Of a stretch of 64,000 bases of DNA, positions 60,301-64,000 are shown piece after piece. Positions within the stretch are counted from its first letter, which is position 1. Every line of letters starts with the position of its first letter. Position numbers and translations under genes: made by a program. Source of the DNA: Spirochaetia bacterium (GTDB taxonomy: Bacteria; Spirochaetota; Spirochaetia; WTKD01; G963693115); NCBI GenBank assembly GCA_965226055.1, contig CBDDCA010000005.1:32001-96000 (forward strand), read 5' to 3'. The notes under the pieces were generated by a model that made no database searches, was not told where the DNA came from, and saw nothing but the letters and a program-made list of their open reading frames with translations.

Positions 60301-60685
60301 TTTTAAAATTAATGATAGTATGTTTTTTTATCATTTCATTTAATTCTGGGACTATTGATGATTCTTTGACATATAATTTATATACCAATTGATCATTACT
60401 CGTTATATTTGTTCCATCTCTATTTTTCATATTAGTATATTTTTCTAAAGAATATACTGTTAGATTTATCGTTTCTATATTTACTCCTTTACCAAGAGAA
60501 ATTTTATTCAATAATAAAGAAGGATCAGCAGCTACCGATAGGGATATATCACCACCACCTCCATTCCCTCCCCCATTATTAGAAGATAGGTTGCTAGAAC
60601 TTTTATTTTTTTCACAATTAATTAAAGTCATACTTACTGGTGTTAATATTATTATTAACATTAAAAACATTACATTTTTTTTCAT
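57392..60685 (-). CDS. AT-rich surface lipoprotein D with two FN3-like / Ig-like / DUF285 modules
   Basis: ATG 60685 follows AAGGAG; lipobox TLINC; two blocks of WNTSNVTNM / WDTSKV repeats, each preceded by an FN3-like unit. Confidence 0.88.
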   Translation of the reverse strand: MKKNVMFLMLIIILTPVSMTLINCEKNKSSSNLSSNNGGGNGGGGDISLSVAADPSLLLNKISLGKGVNIETINLTVYSLEKYTNMKNRDGTNITSNDQLVYKLYVKESSIVPELNEMIKKHTIINFKNGKLEYINETEIDGVNFEEQKTYHFMFSVQIKTDMSKITYSNIKSISLGSKATNPPGFNNNKILKTNSTETSISLQWRGALLPFDDTHLDNEENQLTKQNIIYKVYKLKENKIENNDVDAVIISDRNPIVLKAQQEGITITGLMPNTTYNIVLQSVNNTDVSKVTNSQLFEFNTDEPISLQFREENSDIFITEKRLVSQGNYGKEKITKIESIILPESINTDRGTFSISPDDLSKTFGLTFNKLDGSISGIATKMGNRRYTIGFTSEDNRTVSKTIDLIIGYKHIPLDSSELIADITQEIDIQGISADLNIIDTSNVKSFSNLFSSKLSKDVYDFKDKNTNKIYEFSGDISKWNTSNVTNMNSTFYGVTRFKSDLSNWDTSNVTDMTELFSQVNLQSGAFIHGVENWNTNNVLKANRILYSGLYFYDHDFSSWNMCRITLTDSDFHVRIKDVYADDLYIPKNKRPNFKGSPICGTIDNTTKIPPEVSNFSFKFISSGINMIWDYPTIDSEIHKNNDGDILSISEISYILYVKKLDDDEFGYDYDLDRIKNEGVAINIPANTKKHLLDDVYAETSYAIAITSVNETDKTKVSNGKTQHFETWKLVIDYDLNIARANFNVGDSVNKKLIIGATVLEKRIVNGNQQWTRSNNKRVSLNSSFTFDKADLDRLKHDTGLTASFSNNTVHITGIVNKSNFYDSKITNRKYGKIRFTIPNWNVTKDLTVNVNTKLVKVGGRSATFYRPTSNKELLRVIELLEKDKEVENLRLVDTSEVVDMSKLFVNKDYNPNVSNWNTSKVTNMKFMFMRSTKFNRDLSNWDTSKVNDMGGMFEEASSFNGNISNWDTSRVNDMDQMFKNATNFNQDISNWDTSKVYNMTSMFEDTEQFNQDISGWNISSIRFMKFMFKNSQKFDQDLSKWRINKTVFEKSYGKDVSWNTGIDKPLYGHIHIKFLENSFVSIPMEGKRNTYPTFQ

Positions 60686-60819
60686 ATTTTTCTCCTTTTT
60701 CAAAATTAATACTTGAATTTTGAATAAATATAGCTATATTATAAAATAAAAACACAAAAAAAGCAATATTAAAAACCCTATTTTGGAAAAAAATGTAACA
60801 ATACTCCATTTGTAATGTA

Positions 60820-61398
60820 TCAATACCTAATCAGCTCTTTTTGTTTTAGAATACTAAGAATAGTAGTAATAGTACTGTTACTATCTTTTCCATTGTTATG
60901 AATAATTGTATCTGCTACCGACTCATAATCATCTATATTAATATTGTAAATTCTCTTGTACCGCTCTGTATCCCTATGATCTCTTGCACTTGTTTCCTGT
61001 ATCACTTGCTCAATACTTTTGTTCTCTCTTTGCTGTATTCTTGCATAGCGAACTGCTTTTTTTACCTTAAGATATATTTTTATACTAGCATCATGTATAA
61101 ACCATATAGCAAGCCGAGAACCGATGACACAACGCTGGGCATTGGCTGCCAACTCTTTTTGACGTCTATCGACTAACCTATCCACATCATCACTTTTTTC
61201 AGATAAGCAAGCAATTTCTTGCATACTCATATTACGATCTTTAGCAAGACTACGAAAAGTATAGTTAATACATTCTATGCGTAATATATGAGCAAGCTCT
61301 TTACAAATAGTTGTGTTTCCACAACCACTTAGCCCTGATATAGCAATACGAAGATTCTTTTTTACTATTGTTATTGGCTTTTCCTGTAATGTACTCAT
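60820..61398 (-). CDS. cmk: Cytidylate kinase (short, archaeal/spirochete type)
   Basis: IAISGLSGCGNTT, NYTFR, GSRLAIW and RYKRIY motifs. Confidence 0.88.
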   Translation of the reverse strand: MSTLQEKPITIVKKNLRIAISGLSGCGNTTICKELAHILRIECINYTFRSLAKDRNMSMQEIACLSEKSDDVDRLVDRRQKELAANAQRCVIGSRLAIWFIHDASIKIYLKVKKAVRYARIQQRENKSIEQVIQETSARDHRDTERYKRIYNINIDDYESVADTIIHNNGKDSNSTITTILSILKQKELIRY

Positions 61399-61449
61399 AC
61401 TATTATACTTGTTCTTATCAATTTTATAAAAAAGTGAATATGTTTTTTA

Positions 61450-63063
61450 TTATACCTCTCTTTGTTTTAATATATCAATAAGCATAGTAGCAACTCTAAA
61501 ATTATCACCTGCTCCCATTGTAATACACAAATCACCTTCTTGTATTATACTAGAAATATAGCCTGCACTTTCCTCAAAACTTGGTATTGACATTACTCCT
61601 CTTTGATATTCTCCTATATGTCTTGCCAATGTCTCTCCACTTATAACAGGCATAGAGACATCTTTTTGTGCTTTATTATAGTACTCTTCTCTCTCCCTTG
61701 CTGATGAATATATATCGTTAATAATAAGTATATCTGCTTTTTGAAAACATGTTTGAAATTCGTTCCATAATGATTGAGTTCTCGTGTATGTATGAGACAT
61801 AAAATCAACAATACAGCGTCGTGGCGTATAGTGATCTACCAAACTTTGTAGTGTCGCTGCAACAGCGGTGGGATGATGTGCATAATCATCGACAATATAT
61901 ATTCCGTTCTTTTTATATAATAGCTCTGCTCTTCTGCTTACCGAAGAAAAATGTAACAAAGCATCGTACAATGAGTCACTATTTACATGAGGCACACAGT
62001 AAGGTATACACAATAATGCAGCCATAGCGTTTCCTACTAAAGGATACACAGGGTTCTGCATATTCCATGTACGATCACATAATGATTGCACATTACCATA
62101 TTGTACAATATCATTTTGATATTCTTTCTTTGTGTCTTTAGAGACAGAAACTGCAAGCTGAAACGATTGAACACGATTCTTTGCTACTATGTCACGCTTG
62201 TAATGATGCATAGTTACAATAGGCGTATCTTCCAAATAAGACATACATATATGAGTATTCTCTTCTTTCTGCTGCTCTCCATTAAAAGCATAAGGAATAA
62301 TACGTAAATCGTTACGCTTTTTTACAACTTTTTCAAGTGTACATTGCACTCCTCTATCACTCATACAGGCGATGACTGTCCCATTATATGGCAAGGTTTC
62401 TATAAATGTAGCAAAGGAGTTATAGACTGCTTCTTTATCCTTAAAATAATCAGTATGATCCCATTCTGCATTCAAAAAAATAACACCAGTAGCCCTAAAA
62501 TGCAAAAAATGGTCCCGATACTCACATACCTCTGCTATAAATACCTCATCTCCATCAGAAAAAAAAGTAGAGTTATTAAACTCTTTCACACGTGCCCCAG
62601 TAAGCACCGTAGCGAGACATGATTGTGAACGTAAAAGCACTCCTACCAATGCTGAGGTAGATGTTTTTCCATGCGTGCCTATCACCGCCCATGAAGATTT
62701 CACTCTTTGCGAAAAAGCACCTAAAGATTCAGGGTAACTATAACAAGGGTACTGTTGTAACGCATACGCTAACTCTTCATTGTTATTTGAGTTATATGCA
62801 GCAGAATAAATTACCGCTTTCGTATTAGAAGGAATATTATGACGAGAAAAACCAGTACATATCGGAATATTCTCCGCATGTAACAGAGAGTCAGTATAAA
62901 ATTCATCTGCAATATCAGATCCACTAATACTTACTCCTCTTTTATGCAATAACAACGCTAAAGCAGCCATCCCACTTCCCTTAATACCAATGAAATGTAA
63001 AGCATCTGGCAATGTGTTTGATAAAAACGTATTAGAGGACGATACAGTATCACACTTACTCAT
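61450..63063 (-). CDS. murC: UDP-N-acetylmuramate--L-alanine ligase
   Basis: HFIGIKGSGM, GTHGKTST, EWDHTDYF, DDYAHHPT, HTYTRT and TMGAGD; likely start 63063. Confidence 0.95.
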   Translation of the reverse strand: MSKCDTVSSSNTFLSNTLPDALHFIGIKGSGMAALALLLHKRGVSISGSDIADEFYTDSLLHAENIPICTGFSRHNIPSNTKAVIYSAAYNSNNNEELAYALQQYPCYSYPESLGAFSQRVKSSWAVIGTHGKTSTSALVGVLLRSQSCLATVLTGARVKEFNNSTFFSDGDEVFIAEVCEYRDHFLHFRATGVIFLNAEWDHTDYFKDKEAVYNSFATFIETLPYNGTVIACMSDRGVQCTLEKVVKKRNDLRIIPYAFNGEQQKEENTHICMSYLEDTPIVTMHHYKRDIVAKNRVQSFQLAVSVSKDTKKEYQNDIVQYGNVQSLCDRTWNMQNPVYPLVGNAMAALLCIPYCVPHVNSDSLYDALLHFSSVSRRAELLYKKNGIYIVDDYAHHPTAVAATLQSLVDHYTPRRCIVDFMSHTYTRTQSLWNEFQTCFQKADILIINDIYSSAREREEYYNKAQKDVSMPVISGETLARHIGEYQRGVMSIPSFEESAGYISSIIQEGDLCITMGAGDNFRVATMLIDILKQREV

Positions 63064-63136
63064 ATAGTAAGTATACCATTGTTGCTTAATTAAAAAATAC
63101 AGTATAGTGTATTCAATACTCCATACTTTTCTTATG

Positions 63137-64000
63137 CTAAGGAAGAAAACGGTGTAGCAATTTTTTGAACAGCGAACGATAATTTGACACATACACTGGC
63201 ATATGAGGATTTATCGCTATAGTAGCTCCATATGTTACCCGAAGCTGTCTATGAAACGACACATGTTCACAATACGCAAAATTATCTTTTTCACAACTTG
63301 CAATATAACGAGTAGTACGAAGTAACGCTGCTTTGTATAACGCTAGCCCTGCAAACGCAGAATATACTGGTAATACTTGTTTCTCTGCTGATGCACGCTG
63401 TAATAGCTTTAATTTTTTTGTTACCACACGTTGTAAATTTGGTTGCCAACTAAACCCTTCATTTGCATGCTCTTGCATATCAAGTGCATAGCTATCGTAG
63501 TATAATGGCAAAAAATACGATTGGCGCGAAATAGACATGCCATTTGCAGTCAGTACATCCCAATTTTTAAGTAACTCTATACTACTGAGAATCCCTTTAA
63601 GACTACACTGGACAAGATCAAAATCTAACATCATGATATAATCTGCCACAAAATTGCTTGTACTAAGAGTGTCTAAATAACAATCGCGAGCAAGGGCAAT
63701 ACGCATGACACGCTCTTGCATATGATGTTTTTGTAGTGAACTATCATGTACCCTCTGAGCATTATACTGTATATGCCCTTCCTTACTGACAGTGTTTTCC
63801 TTTTCTTTTATATAGTGCGAAAAATTAGGCAACAAAATGTTCTGATTATTCTGCTGTGCTTGTTCCAATATAGTTCTGGTAGCATCTTTGCTATCGTTCT
63901 CTACAATACAAATACGATAATCTTTACACAGTGATCCTAATGTTTGCAATGTTTGTAACAACGATACCACTGTACCTTGACAATCTCTTGCACACCCTGC
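63137..64000 (-). CDS. GT-A fold glycosyltransferase (CAP59/GT69-like); 5' end outside the window
   Basis: Frame open to the window edge: GCARDC, IVENDSKDAT, IALARD, MLDFDL (DxD), YYDSYAL, VYSAFAGLALY and CEHV. Confidence 0.7.
   Translation of the reverse strand, partial: AGCARDCQGTVVSLLQTLQTLGSLCKDYRICIVENDSKDATRTILEQAQQNNQNILLPNFSHYIKEKENTVSKEGHIQYNAQRVHDSSLQKHHMQERVMRIALARDCYLDTLSTSNFVADYIMMLDFDLVQCSLKGILSSIELLKNWDVLTANGMSISRQSYFLPLYYDSYALDMQEHANEGFSWQPNLQRVVTKKLKLLQRASAEKQVLPVYSAFAGLALYKAALLRTTRYIASCEKDNFAYCEHVSFHRQLRVTYGATIAINPHMPVYVSNYRSLFKKLLHRFLP

Overview
This 64-kb window is AT-rich chromosomal DNA from a spirochete (inferred from the spirochete-type LptD, the CPA2 antiporter-PTS EIIA fusion, the troABCD operon, spirochetal lipoprotein signals and the DegT-nadK-recN, rpe-TPR and murC-cmk neighbourhoods). 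Core content: lptD (partial), a de novo pyrimidine operon (pyrB-pyrI-pyrK-like-pyrD-pyrF-pyrC-pyrE), uvrA, recN, nadK, troABCD, comF, dtd, rpe, adk, cmk, murC, and tRNA-Ile, tRNA-Lys and tRNA-Glu. The main accessory feature is a family of four large modular surface lipoproteins. Each has a lipobox, a stalk of distinctive FN3-like units, an Ig-like neck and a DUF285/BspA-like solenoid head. One member has 16 tandem ~366-nt stalk units. Two form a tandem paralog pair with near-identical stalks but hypervariable heads, and one of these is out of frame at a G15 tract in its signal peptide. The fourth is very AT-rich, carries both head types in tandem, and sits beside a decayed tRNA-Leu and an IS30 relic. 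Also present: an orphan cupin-TRAP-aldolase-hydrolase catabolic operon preceded by a structured sRNA candidate with a C-rich loop, a possible IS1595-derived miniature element, and a DUF4325 islet remnant. All calls come from motif recognition by eye; no database searches were run.
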